The notes below the pieces were generated by a model. It had not been told where the DNA came from. It made no database searches and saw nothing but the letters and a program-made list of their open reading frames with translations. A DNA stretch of 64,000 nucleotides from Bacteroidota bacterium (GTDB taxonomy: Bacteria > Bacteroidota > Bacteroidia > Chitinophagales > LD1). The translations under genes were made by a program, and so were the position numbers. This document shows, piece by piece, positions 56,686 to 64,000 of the stretch. Positions within the stretch are counted from its first letter, which is position 1. Each line of letters opens with the position of its first letter. The DNA lies in contig JAFDYN010000008.1 in the NCBI GenBank assembly GCA_018267385.1, positions 62,622-126,621 of the forward strand, given 5' to 3'.

Positions 56686-57876
56686 ATGTCAAAGTTTCCA
56701 GCAGTCATCCTGCATCCGCACAAGGCCGAGGCCGTCAAACGTTTCCACCCATGGATATTTTCCGGCGCTATTCAGCGCAAGGATAATAATGTGACTGACG
56801 GCGCACTGGTAGAGGTACTGGACGGACGTGGCCAGTTTCTCGCGCTGGGCTACTATAGCTCGGGTAGTATCGCGGTGCGCGTGCTGTCCTTCACGCCGGT
56901 AGACTCAATGGAACAGCTGTGGCTGGACAAGATCCAGTCGGCGTGGACGCTGCGCAAAAACATAGGCATCACAGACAATGTAGCGACAAATGTCTACCGC
57001 CTGGTGAATGCCGAAGGCGATGGCGTGCCGGGACTGGTGATAGACTACTATGCTGGTACCTGCGTCTTTCAGGCGCACAGCCTTTTTATCCATAGCCAGC
57101 GGCAGCTGATCACAGAAGCGCTAAAGAAGGTACTCGGCAAAGCACTGAAAGCTGTATACGACAAAAGCGAAGCAGTGCTGGAGCGCAAGCAGAAAGCTGA
57201 TGTGACAGGCTCCTATCTCTATGGCGAGAAGACCTCCAATGAGGTGCTGGAGTACGGGCATAAGTTTCTCGTAGACTGGGAGGGTGGCCAGAAGACTGGC
57301 TTCTTCATAGACCAGCGTGAAAACCGCCAACTCCTCTCCCACTATGTGAAGGGAAAACGCGTACTAAATACGTTCAGCTATACCGGAGGCTTCTCAGTTT
57401 ATGCCGCGAAAGCGGGCGCTACGCTCGTACACTCAGTAGATAGCTCTGTGAAGGCTGTAGAACTAGCTGTGCAAAACATAGCGCTCAACAATATTCCTGA
57501 CGGCGTACACCAGGCTGCCGCCGAGGATGTATTTGAATTCATGAAGCGCTCACCGGATCACTATTATGATGTGATTGTGCTGGATCCCCCCGCCTTTGCC
57601 AAGAATCAGCATAGCCGTCATCAGGCTGTACAAGCCTACAAGCGGCTCAATAAAGCTGCCTTTGACAAGATCAAGCCGGGCGGTATCGTCTTTACCTTCT
57701 CCTGCTCGCAGGCTGTTGGTCCGGAACTGTTTGACGGGGCAGTAGCGGCAGGCGCCATAGAGAGCAGCCGCAATATCCGTATCATAGACCACCTCAATCA
57801 GCCGGCAGATCACCCGCAAAGTATCTTTCATCCGGAGGGTCTTTACCTGAAGGGGCTTGTGTTATCCGTAGAGTGA
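56686..57876 (+). CDS. rlmI: class I SAM-dependent 23S rRNA m5C methyltransferase (PUA domain; RlmI-like)
   Basis: 'HPWIFSGAI' (PUA-associated), 'YRLVN.EGDG.PGL.ID.Y', 'QKTGFF.DQRENR', 'LN.FSYTGGFSV.A', 'LDPPAFAK' and 'LYLKG'. Confidence 0.85.
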   Translation: MSKFPAVILHPHKAEAVKRFHPWIFSGAIQRKDNNVTDGALVEVLDGRGQFLALGYYSSGSIAVRVLSFTPVDSMEQLWLDKIQSAWTLRKNIGITDNVATNVYRLVNAEGDGVPGLVIDYYAGTCVFQAHSLFIHSQRQLITEALKKVLGKALKAVYDKSEAVLERKQKADVTGSYLYGEKTSNEVLEYGHKFLVDWEGGQKTGFFIDQRENRQLLSHYVKGKRVLNTFSYTGGFSVYAAKAGATLVHSVDSSVKAVELAVQNIALNNIPDGVHQAAAEDVFEFMKRSPDHYYDVIVLDPPAFAKNQHSRHQAVQAYKRLNKAAFDKIKPGGIVFTFSCSQAVGPELFDGAVAAGAIESSRNIRIIDHLNQPADHPQSIFHPEGLYLKGLVLSVE

Positions 57877-59589
57877 TTACGACGCACCGATGATCTTTTT
57901 CATATCTATTACATAAACAGGCGAAACAAAACCAGAAATAGATAACTTATGAGTTGCATTGGGGAAAATCGTTGTGGTTGATCCAGGTAAAAGAGATTCA
58001 GCATCCACCTCTTCTATATCTATGCCGCTTTGCTTTAAAGCTTGTTCATCTTCTTCAGTAACATTCCAGCAAACAACACAATTAATTTCATTAAACAATT
58101 TCATTGCATCTGTGAAGTCTTTGAGTATAGAAGAAAGGTGCGCCTTGAACTCAATTACAACCTTTCTGTTTCCCCATTTTGCATAGAGATCATACTTGTT
58201 TCTGTAACCCGCAACTAATAAATCAATTCCTGAAAGCTTTTTGTTTCCAATGCACTCAAAAAACAACCCTGCTACGCTAGCTTCTTGATCTTTTGGAACC
58301 TTCTTCCAATTTATCCCAGAAATATCCAGATTAAGCATTTTATCTATTTCAGCAAAAATATTATCCTTTTCCCAATCAGATTCAATTAGCACCTCGCCTG
58401 AGAAATATTTAGCCAACTTTTGAAATTCACTAAAGATTTGCCTAGCATATTGTTTATAAATCCTAGCCTGCATTCCATGAATAGACTTGCGACCAATATC
58501 AAATTTTAATTGCCTATCATCAAACAAAATGAATATCTGGGGCCAAGCTCCTGATGCACCAGTTATCGGATTATCTATACTTATCCCTGTTGGCATCCCT
58601 TTAACTGAAGTAAAAATTCCAGGCTGAAGAGTAACATAACTTCTCTTATCCAACCAATCTGAATTTTCAAGTTGCTCCGCTGTAGCAATATTAAAACTGA
58701 CAGTTAGATCATTCCAAGTCTTCCGCTTAGGTACAAAACATGCAAAATATTTAATTGTACGTCCGTTATGGTTGATCTTAGATATTTTATAGATAACCTT
58801 TCCTTGGAGTTTGACACGCTTATCTTGATCCGTTCTATCCTTTTCTATGTATTTATAATACTCCTCAATATCAATCTTAGCATTTGAACTCAACGACTCT
58901 GTTATCAACCAATATTTGAAAGGAAGCGCTTCAACGGTCCGCTGGCCGTCTTGATTGACGTGAGTAATTTCGACTTCAATTTTTTTATCATCTTCCCAAA
59001 TAGAATTGGTATTACCTATTGATGTTCTTGTCCTTAAAAGAAACTTTAATTGATTCATTGATAACTCAAAAAGGGGAGAATCAATTACCTTCTTCATCAA
59101 TATTTCAGTACCCTGAAATTTTTCGTTTAAAATCCGATGTGTTAAATCTAACTTTCTATCATCAGTACTGCTTTTCCAAATGTTAGCATCAAAAATTCTA
59201 CCCTCTGAAACCCCAGACTTATTTCCACTTTTTATATAAAAATCATTGCAACTGAATATTACAAATGTTAACCCTACCCCTTTTTCTCCAACTGAATCTT
59301 CGTCATCTTCCTTATCAGTTGAAAATGGCGCAAGAAGTTCAGGTAATCTATCCGGAACAATACCGATTCCATTATCAATAACAGATATACTTTTATTCTG
59401 TGAATCAATAATAATCTTGATGAGTCCACTTTTAATATCTGATTTCCTAATAGCATCAACAGAATTCTGGCATAATTCCGCCAAAATATCCCAGTCATTG
59501 TTATAGCTATCATCAATATCTCTGATACTCTTTCTGGTTTGTTTGATACCCTGATTTAAAAAATCATAAGTAGTTTCCTTTAAACTCAT
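57877..59589 (-). CDS. GHKL-superfamily ATPase (HATPase_c_3 / MORC-paraMORC-like) fused to a C-terminal PD-(D/E)xK-like nuclease module; candidate defence protein in an AT-rich islet
   Basis: N-box 'ELCQNSVDA', G1 'IDNGIGI', G2 'GEKGVGLTF' and 'QGTEI'. C-terminus 'QEASVAGLFFE...YDLYAKW...VVIEFK' (E...D...ExK). Sampled G+C is 21/60 at 58201-58260 versus 35/60 at 57001-57060 in the flank. Confidence 0.75.
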   Translation of the reverse strand: MSLKETTYDFLNQGIKQTRKSIRDIDDSYNNDWDILAELCQNSVDAIRKSDIKSGLIKIIIDSQNKSISVIDNGIGIVPDRLPELLAPFSTDKEDDEDSVGEKGVGLTFVIFSCNDFYIKSGNKSGVSEGRIFDANIWKSSTDDRKLDLTHRILNEKFQGTEILMKKVIDSPLFELSMNQLKFLLRTRTSIGNTNSIWEDDKKIEVEITHVNQDGQRTVEALPFKYWLITESLSSNAKIDIEEYYKYIEKDRTDQDKRVKLQGKVIYKISKINHNGRTIKYFACFVPKRKTWNDLTVSFNIATAEQLENSDWLDKRSYVTLQPGIFTSVKGMPTGISIDNPITGASGAWPQIFILFDDRQLKFDIGRKSIHGMQARIYKQYARQIFSEFQKLAKYFSGEVLIESDWEKDNIFAEIDKMLNLDISGINWKKVPKDQEASVAGLFFECIGNKKLSGIDLLVAGYRNKYDLYAKWGNRKVVIEFKAHLSSILKDFTDAMKLFNEINCVVCWNVTEEDEQALKQSGIDIEEVDAESLLPGSTTTIFPNATHKLSISGFVSPVYVIDMKKIIGAS

Positions 59590-59603
59590 TTATATTAAAT
59601 TTA

Positions 59604-60458
59604 TTAATGTACAAATACATTATTAGCCGCGCGTAGCGCATCTTCAAATGCCTTGACAGAAAAGTCGGGGCCGAAGTCTTTGTATGGGTCAAAATAGTTG
59701 AGGAGATTCTCCGTAGGCATATTGCCTATCAGGTCATCATCTGCCATTGGGCAGCCTCCGTAGCCCTTGATCACAGAGTCGAAGCGCATACAGCCATTCT
59801 TATAGGCTGCATCTACTTTCACGCGCCAGTTGTGAGGTGCGGTATGCAAATGCGCGCCGATCTCCAGCTGCGGGAAGCGCGGTATAAGCGTACTGAACAG
59901 GTGTGTGATCGTGTCAGGCGTAGCTACACCTACAGTGTCTGACAGCATGAATATCTTGATGCCGAGGTGGCTAAGTTGCTCTACCCAGCGCTCTACTATC
60001 TCGGGGTTATACGGGTCACCATATGGATTGCCAAAACCCATAGAGATATACAGGATCAGTTCTTTGCCGTTTTGATCACAGAGTTCTTTTATCTTCTTCA
60101 CACGCTCCAGAGACTGGAGGATGGTGGCGTGTGTATTGCGCATCTGAAAAGTCTCTGATACCGAGAAAGGAAAACCGAGGTAAGTGATCTCCTTATGCTC
60201 GCAGGCATTTTGCGCACCGCGCTCATTGGCGATGATGGCTATCAGCTTGGTCTTGGTAGCTGAGAGGTCCAGCCCGGCCAGTACTTCTACGGTGTCAGCC
60301 ATCTGAGGTATGACCTCTGCCGATACGAAGCTGCCAAAGTCCAGTGCATAGTAGCCCACACGGAGCAGCTTATTGATATACTCTATCTTGCTCTCCGTAG
60401 GGATGAAATACTTCAAGCCCTGCATGGCATCTCTGGGGCACTCTGTCAGCTTGATCAT
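59604..60458 (-). CDS. hydroxymethylglutaryl-CoA lyase family protein
   Basis: Start MIKLTECPRDAMQG. 'RDAMQ', 'SVSETF...N', 'DTVGVATP' and 'IGAHLH' are HMGL-like TIM-barrel motifs. The ORF-track N-terminal extension to 60539 is unlikely. Confidence 0.85.
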   Translation of the reverse strand: MIKLTECPRDAMQGLKYFIPTESKIEYINKLLRVGYYALDFGSFVSAEVIPQMADTVEVLAGLDLSATKTKLIAIIANERGAQNACEHKEITYLGFPFSVSETFQMRNTHATILQSLERVKKIKELCDQNGKELILYISMGFGNPYGDPYNPEIVERWVEQLSHLGIKIFMLSDTVGVATPDTITHLFSTLIPRFPQLEIGAHLHTAPHNWRVKVDAAYKNGCMRFDSVIKGYGGCPMADDDLIGNMPTENLLNYFDPYKDFGPDFSVKAFEDALRAANNVFVH

Positions 60459-60675
60459 TCGGCCAGGTCGTTTTAGTGAGGATGAAGGTGGGACTTCTTT
60501 TACAAAAATAAAAATCGCACCTCTCCCAACCCTCTCCAAAGGAGAGGGCTTTAATAGGCGCTCTTAATCACCAGGCTATGCGGCATATTACTGAGACAAG
60601 TAAAGACGGGTCATTCCCTCGCGGCACATCAGTGTGCTACATACTACTATCTCACAGTATATCTATATTCACGGC

Positions 60676-61560
60676 ATGATACTGATAGATCAGCGCGACC
60701 ATCATGATCCGTACCTCAATGCCGCCATGGAGGACTACCTCGTGCGCACACTGGTGCCTGGAGATCAGATGTACGTGATGCTCTACATCAACGATGCCAG
60801 CGTAGTGGTGGGCAAAAACCAATCGATATACAAAGAGGTGAGCTTTGAGTACCTGCGCAATGGTGGTACCGTCGTACGAAGGCTCTCTGGTGGCGGCACC
60901 GTCTACCATGACCCGGGCAATCTGTGCTTTGCATTCATCTGCGCTTTTGACGACCGGCGGGTGAATAACTACGCTTACTTCAATCAGCCCATCCTGGATG
61001 CGCTGCATGCAGCAGGCATACAGGCGGAATTTAATAAGCGCAATGACATCATCTGGCAGGGCAAAAAGATCTCAGGCAATGCGCAGTTTACAGACCGGAA
61101 GAACATCCTCTCTCATGGCACACTGCTGGTGAATAGCGACATAGAGGCCCTGCGTTTTGCGCTACGTCGCAATGAATTTGAGATAGAGTCGAAGGGGATC
61201 GCCTCGGTGCGCAGCACAGCGATGAATATCTCTGATAGCAGCGACCAGATCAGGACTGCTGCAGAACTGCGTGAGCATCTGCTCTCGTCCCTCCATATAT
61301 CGGCGAGGCACGATCTATCTGAGCAAGAGTGGCAGGAGGTGCAGGCCACAGCAGAAAAATACCACTCCGCTGCCTGGCTCTGGGGCCGCAATCCATCTAC
61401 AAAAATAATGCGCGATGGTGTGACGATAGAGGTAGAAGACGGGCTGATCAGCAGCATCACATCAGCAGAACCACACTTACAAAATCTAGTAGGTAAACCC
61501 TACCGCTATGATGTTCTAAAAAATGAAGTAGACAGCGCGACACTCGCGCGTATCTTCTAG
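60676..61560 (+). CDS. lipoate-protein ligase (LplA/LipB fold) family protein
   Basis: 'NAAMEDYL', 'VVVGKNQS...EV', 'VVRRLSGGGTVYHD.GNL.F' and 'KISGNAQ' (the catalytic Lys context). Confidence 0.8.
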   Translation: MILIDQRDHHDPYLNAAMEDYLVRTLVPGDQMYVMLYINDASVVVGKNQSIYKEVSFEYLRNGGTVVRRLSGGGTVYHDPGNLCFAFICAFDDRRVNNYAYFNQPILDALHAAGIQAEFNKRNDIIWQGKKISGNAQFTDRKNILSHGTLLVNSDIEALRFALRRNEFEIESKGIASVRSTAMNISDSSDQIRTAAELREHLLSSLHISARHDLSEQEWQEVQATAEKYHSAAWLWGRNPSTKIMRDGVTIEVEDGLISSITSAEPHLQNLVGKPYRYDVLKNEVDSATLARIF

Positions 61561-63581
61561 GTGCGCCAGAAACGGAGTAGCAGCACCTCGGCACCGAGCG
61601 CCAGCAGGGTGAGTACGATGAAGAGCTTCCATAGCGACACTCCCCTATCCATCTCTTTGATCACCTGGGCTACCTCCATACCGACGCTATTGGCTACATT
61701 GATATTGCTGGCGTTGTACTTTGCGCGGAGCTCATCTACTTTGTAGAAATTGAGGTCAGACTCGCGGCGGTCATAGTTTAGCGCTATCACGTCTGCCGAG
61801 TCGGAGTTTTCCAGCGACACCTTGTAGAAACCAGACTTTTTGATCTGGTCCTTCAGACCCAGGATCACCTTGCTGCCAAGTGCAAACTGCTCCGGTATGA
61901 ACTCTACATTATCCCCCTTTACCTTGTAGACCTTATCCGTGCCTGCGCCCCTGCTGGCTATCTCTATACCTTGCTTGTCACCTATTTTGTAGGCCAGATT
62001 GTCCTCATGATTACCCATCACTGCCATCTTGTATAGCATAGGTGCAAATATGGCATGGATAGGCAGGTCAGAGTTTGCCTTGTCCAGTGGCGCAGCGCAT
62101 ACATACAGCGCGCCGGACTTGTAGCCTGTCTTCGAAAGAAACGCGCCGCCATCCTTCAGCGAGAGTACAGCCTCATCCATCCCTGTAGACCGTGTGCCGA
62201 TAGTATAGTACTTCTTAGCTTTAGGCATGCTCATATTCTCCGGCACTTTATCAAAGATATCTTTGAAAAGCCCTTGCTGCATGTTGATCTTTGCTATATC
62301 CTGTTCGGTTTCCTTATACGCGCCGAGTGCCCCTGCACCTACAGCGGAGAGAAAGGCGTTATAGGACTCAGCATTCGCTTTTTCTGCCGGGAATAAGCAC
62401 ACTGTACCCCCATCTGCCAGGAAGCCGCTCAAAGCTGTAGCCAGACCCGATGAGATACTATTGACACCAGACACTACGAGCAGTTGATTTCCCTTGATAC
62501 GGCTATAGTCCAGAGAGCCTGATAGCGCAGACTGATACTCAAACTCTGGCTGGTCTTTGAATACTGCATCTACATATGCATTTGTCTTGCTCTCGCTGAT
62601 GGAGAGGACTTTGATCTTGTCAGCTACATGGTAGGCAAAGAAATAATTGTCATCGTATGTGATCGGGTAGTCCTGGAGGGTCAGCTCCGCCTTGTTCCAC
62701 CCGGTCTGGTTGATCACAAAGCCTATCGTATCATAGGCATAGGATCCCGGCTCGATGGTGAAGTCTGCTATACCCTTATTTTGACCGTTTATCTTGAGAG
62801 AGATGCGGTTCTCATCGGTGGCCTTCTCACCACTATTGCGCAGCTTCACTACCAGGTGGGCGCCCTGGCCGGGTAGCTGCACCGGCTCATTAAACCATGC
62901 AGAGTCTATGAATACATTCTGCTGTACATCTGCGGAGAGCGGGATCAAATTATACTTGATCGTAGTGTCCGGGGTGAAATCGCCCATATTATGCTGAAAG
63001 TCTGAGAGCAGGTAGGCTACCTTGTTGCGGGAGTTTTCCATACTCAGCGCATCCTCCTGCCTTCGGGTGATCTCTGTGAAGCTGCGCGCTGCCGGGGATA
63101 TCTCTACCTCATCGAGCATAGAGAGAAATTCCTCTTTGCTCACCAGGCGTTGTTGCTTGCCCTGCAGGTCATTGGTCACCAGCTGAAACTGGTCATTGGG
63201 CGCATAGTTCTGCACGATCTCTTTGCCCGCCTGTTTAGCTTTATCGAGCAGCCGTATGCCGCCACTCATTGCGCCCATAGAGAAGCTATTGTCTATATAG
63301 ACACTGACATATTTTCTGCCGGAGGCGATATTGGTATTTTTCTTTGGTATAAATGGCTGCGCAAAAGCCAGCACAAGAAAAGCGACTGCCAGCATACGGG
63401 CTGCCAGCACCAGCAGGTGCTTGACACGCGAGCGCGACGTCGTCTCTTCCTTTACCTCTTTGAGAAAGGAAACATTGCTGAAATAAACCGTCTTGAAGCG
63501 CCTGAAGTTGAACAGGTGAATGATAACCGGGATAGCCAGGGCCGCGAGCGCAAAAAGAAAAGACGGATATAGGAACTGCAT
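61557..63581 (-). CDS. BatA-N (aerotolerance-operon N-terminal double-TM) domain protein
   Basis: 'MQFLYPSFLFALAALAIPVIIHLFNFRR' is the BatA/TIGR02226 N-terminal signature. There is a second TM helix, a large extracytoplasmic region and a C-terminal TM anchor. Confidence 0.8.
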   Translation of the reverse strand: MQFLYPSFLFALAALAIPVIIHLFNFRRFKTVYFSNVSFLKEVKEETTSRSRVKHLLVLAARMLAVAFLVLAFAQPFIPKKNTNIASGRKYVSVYIDNSFSMGAMSGGIRLLDKAKQAGKEIVQNYAPNDQFQLVTNDLQGKQQRLVSKEEFLSMLDEVEISPAARSFTEITRRQEDALSMENSRNKVAYLLSDFQHNMGDFTPDTTIKYNLIPLSADVQQNVFIDSAWFNEPVQLPGQGAHLVVKLRNSGEKATDENRISLKINGQNKGIADFTIEPGSYAYDTIGFVINQTGWNKAELTLQDYPITYDDNYFFAYHVADKIKVLSISESKTNAYVDAVFKDQPEFEYQSALSGSLDYSRIKGNQLLVVSGVNSISSGLATALSGFLADGGTVCLFPAEKANAESYNAFLSAVGAGALGAYKETEQDIAKINMQQGLFKDIFDKVPENMSMPKAKKYYTIGTRSTGMDEAVLSLKDGGAFLSKTGYKSGALYVCAAPLDKANSDLPIHAIFAPMLYKMAVMGNHEDNLAYKIGDKQGIEIASRGAGTDKVYKVKGDNVEFIPEQFALGSKVILGLKDQIKKSGFYKVSLENSDSADVIALNYDRRESDLNFYKVDELRAKYNASNINVANSVGMEVAQVIKEMDRGVSLWKLFIVLTLLALGAEVLLLRFWRT

Positions 63582-63629
63582 ACCGGGCTAAAATAGGCAA
63601 TATATAGCAAGGCTGGTAGATACCGTGCG

Positions 63630-64000
63630 CTACCGGGGCAGATAGTCCTTGATCAGATGTGTGGTACTATCTCTGCGCGCGTAGACAGGCAGGGAGTCCG
63701 CCCAGAAAACGACATTGTATTTATGACCTTTTAAGAAATAATAATCTGAATCATACCTACCGCTATAGGCCGGCACGCCGGTATAGAACATCAAATCAAT
63801 ATTTTTCATATTCCCGAGATCCAGTATAACCGTATTTGAGGGTAAGCGTCCGGTAAGCTTCTTAAATGCATCAACATACTCCAATTTAGCAGTCCGGGTA
63901 TGCCCCTGCCAGGTATCAGGATCAAAGTGATTTTCGACTATCAGGGGCCAGTGGACAAACTGCAATAAAAGGGCGACGAAAACAACACTACCCAGCAGGT
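63630..64000 (-). CDS. partial CDS (5' end outside the window), membrane-anchored hypothetical protein
   Basis: The reading frame stays open upstream of the ORF-track start (63965) to the window edge and encodes a hydrophobic stretch (...LLGSVVFVALLL). No family recognised. Confidence 0.35.
   Translation of the reverse strand, partial: LLGSVVFVALLLQFVHWPLIVENHFDPDTWQGHTRTAKLEYVDAFKKLTGRLPSNTVILDLGNMKNIDLMFYTGVPAYSGRYDSDYYFLKGHKYNVVFWADSLPVYARRDSTTHLIKDYLPR

Noticed and set aside
57959-59506. Small plus-strand ORFs (75 aa at 57959..58186 and 86 aa at 59246..59506) inside the AT-rich islet, which could be partner genes such as an antitoxin or immunity protein.
   Set aside because: Both lie entirely antisense within the GHKL gene, have low-complexity Ser/Ile-rich translations and lack start contexts. 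They are most likely shadow ORFs of AT-rich coding DNA.
1-64000. A search by eye for tRNA/rRNA genes, CRISPR arrays, transposases, integrases, prophage structural genes and toxin-antitoxin pairs.
   Set aside because: No regularly spaced direct repeats were seen. No ORF has DDE/tyrosine/serine recombinase or capsid/terminase-like motifs. No intergenic region is long enough and structured like a tRNA or rRNA. The only phage-like element is the isolated tail-collar protein.

Overview
The window looks like a chromosomal segment from a Bacteroidota genome, probably of the Chitinophagia/Sphingobacteriia type. This rests on several signals: T9SS type-A and type-B C-terminal sorting domains, a CarboxypepD_reg-type TonB-dependent receptor, a BatA-N protein, a DUF3276/PUR-like protein, 'TTTG'-type -7 boxes, and many SpII lipoproteins. 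All product calls come from reading motifs in the supplied translations, because no database search was possible. I saw no rRNA, tRNA, CRISPR array, transposase or integrase.

Layout:
- 1-17.5 kb: cell-surface and T9SS cargo genes. These include a 1138-aa adhesin with 8 tandem repeats, two tandem paralogous cargo genes, a PKD cargo protein and a TonB-dependent receptor. Housekeeping genes such as Dps, an HD-domain protein and a LuxE-like protein lie among them.
- 18.1-25.1 kb: a minus-strand nucleotide-sugar operon (rfbB, a WbpO/TviB-like dehydrogenase, a WbpD-like acetyltransferase, UDP-GlcA decarboxylase, ugd and a DegT aminotransferase).
- 26-36 kb: an LPS/glycan export region. It holds kdtA and a Wzt ATPase with a C-terminal extension, translationally coupled to a lipoprotein. 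Oppositely oriented B12-radical-SAM and PhyH dioxygenase genes separate wzt from wzm. A 942-aa GT-C/TPR membrane protein follows.
- 36.2-40.9 kb: a DUF1800/DUF1501(Tat)/FGE-like trio, then TonB.
- 42.4-53.3 kb: OmpA, then a 1030-aa phage-tail-collar/HxH fibre-like protein, a GH5-like hydrolase, a polysaccharide deacetylase, an ATP-grasp::LMW-PTP fusion and a glycosyltransferase.
- 53.4-64 kb: housekeeping genes (SSS transporter, folC, rlmI, HMG-CoA lyase, lplA-like, batA-like). They are interrupted at 57877-59603 by a sharply AT-rich single-gene insert.

That insert encodes a GHKL ATPase fused to a PD-(D/E)xK-like nuclease module. It is my best candidate for an uncharacterised single-protein defence system.
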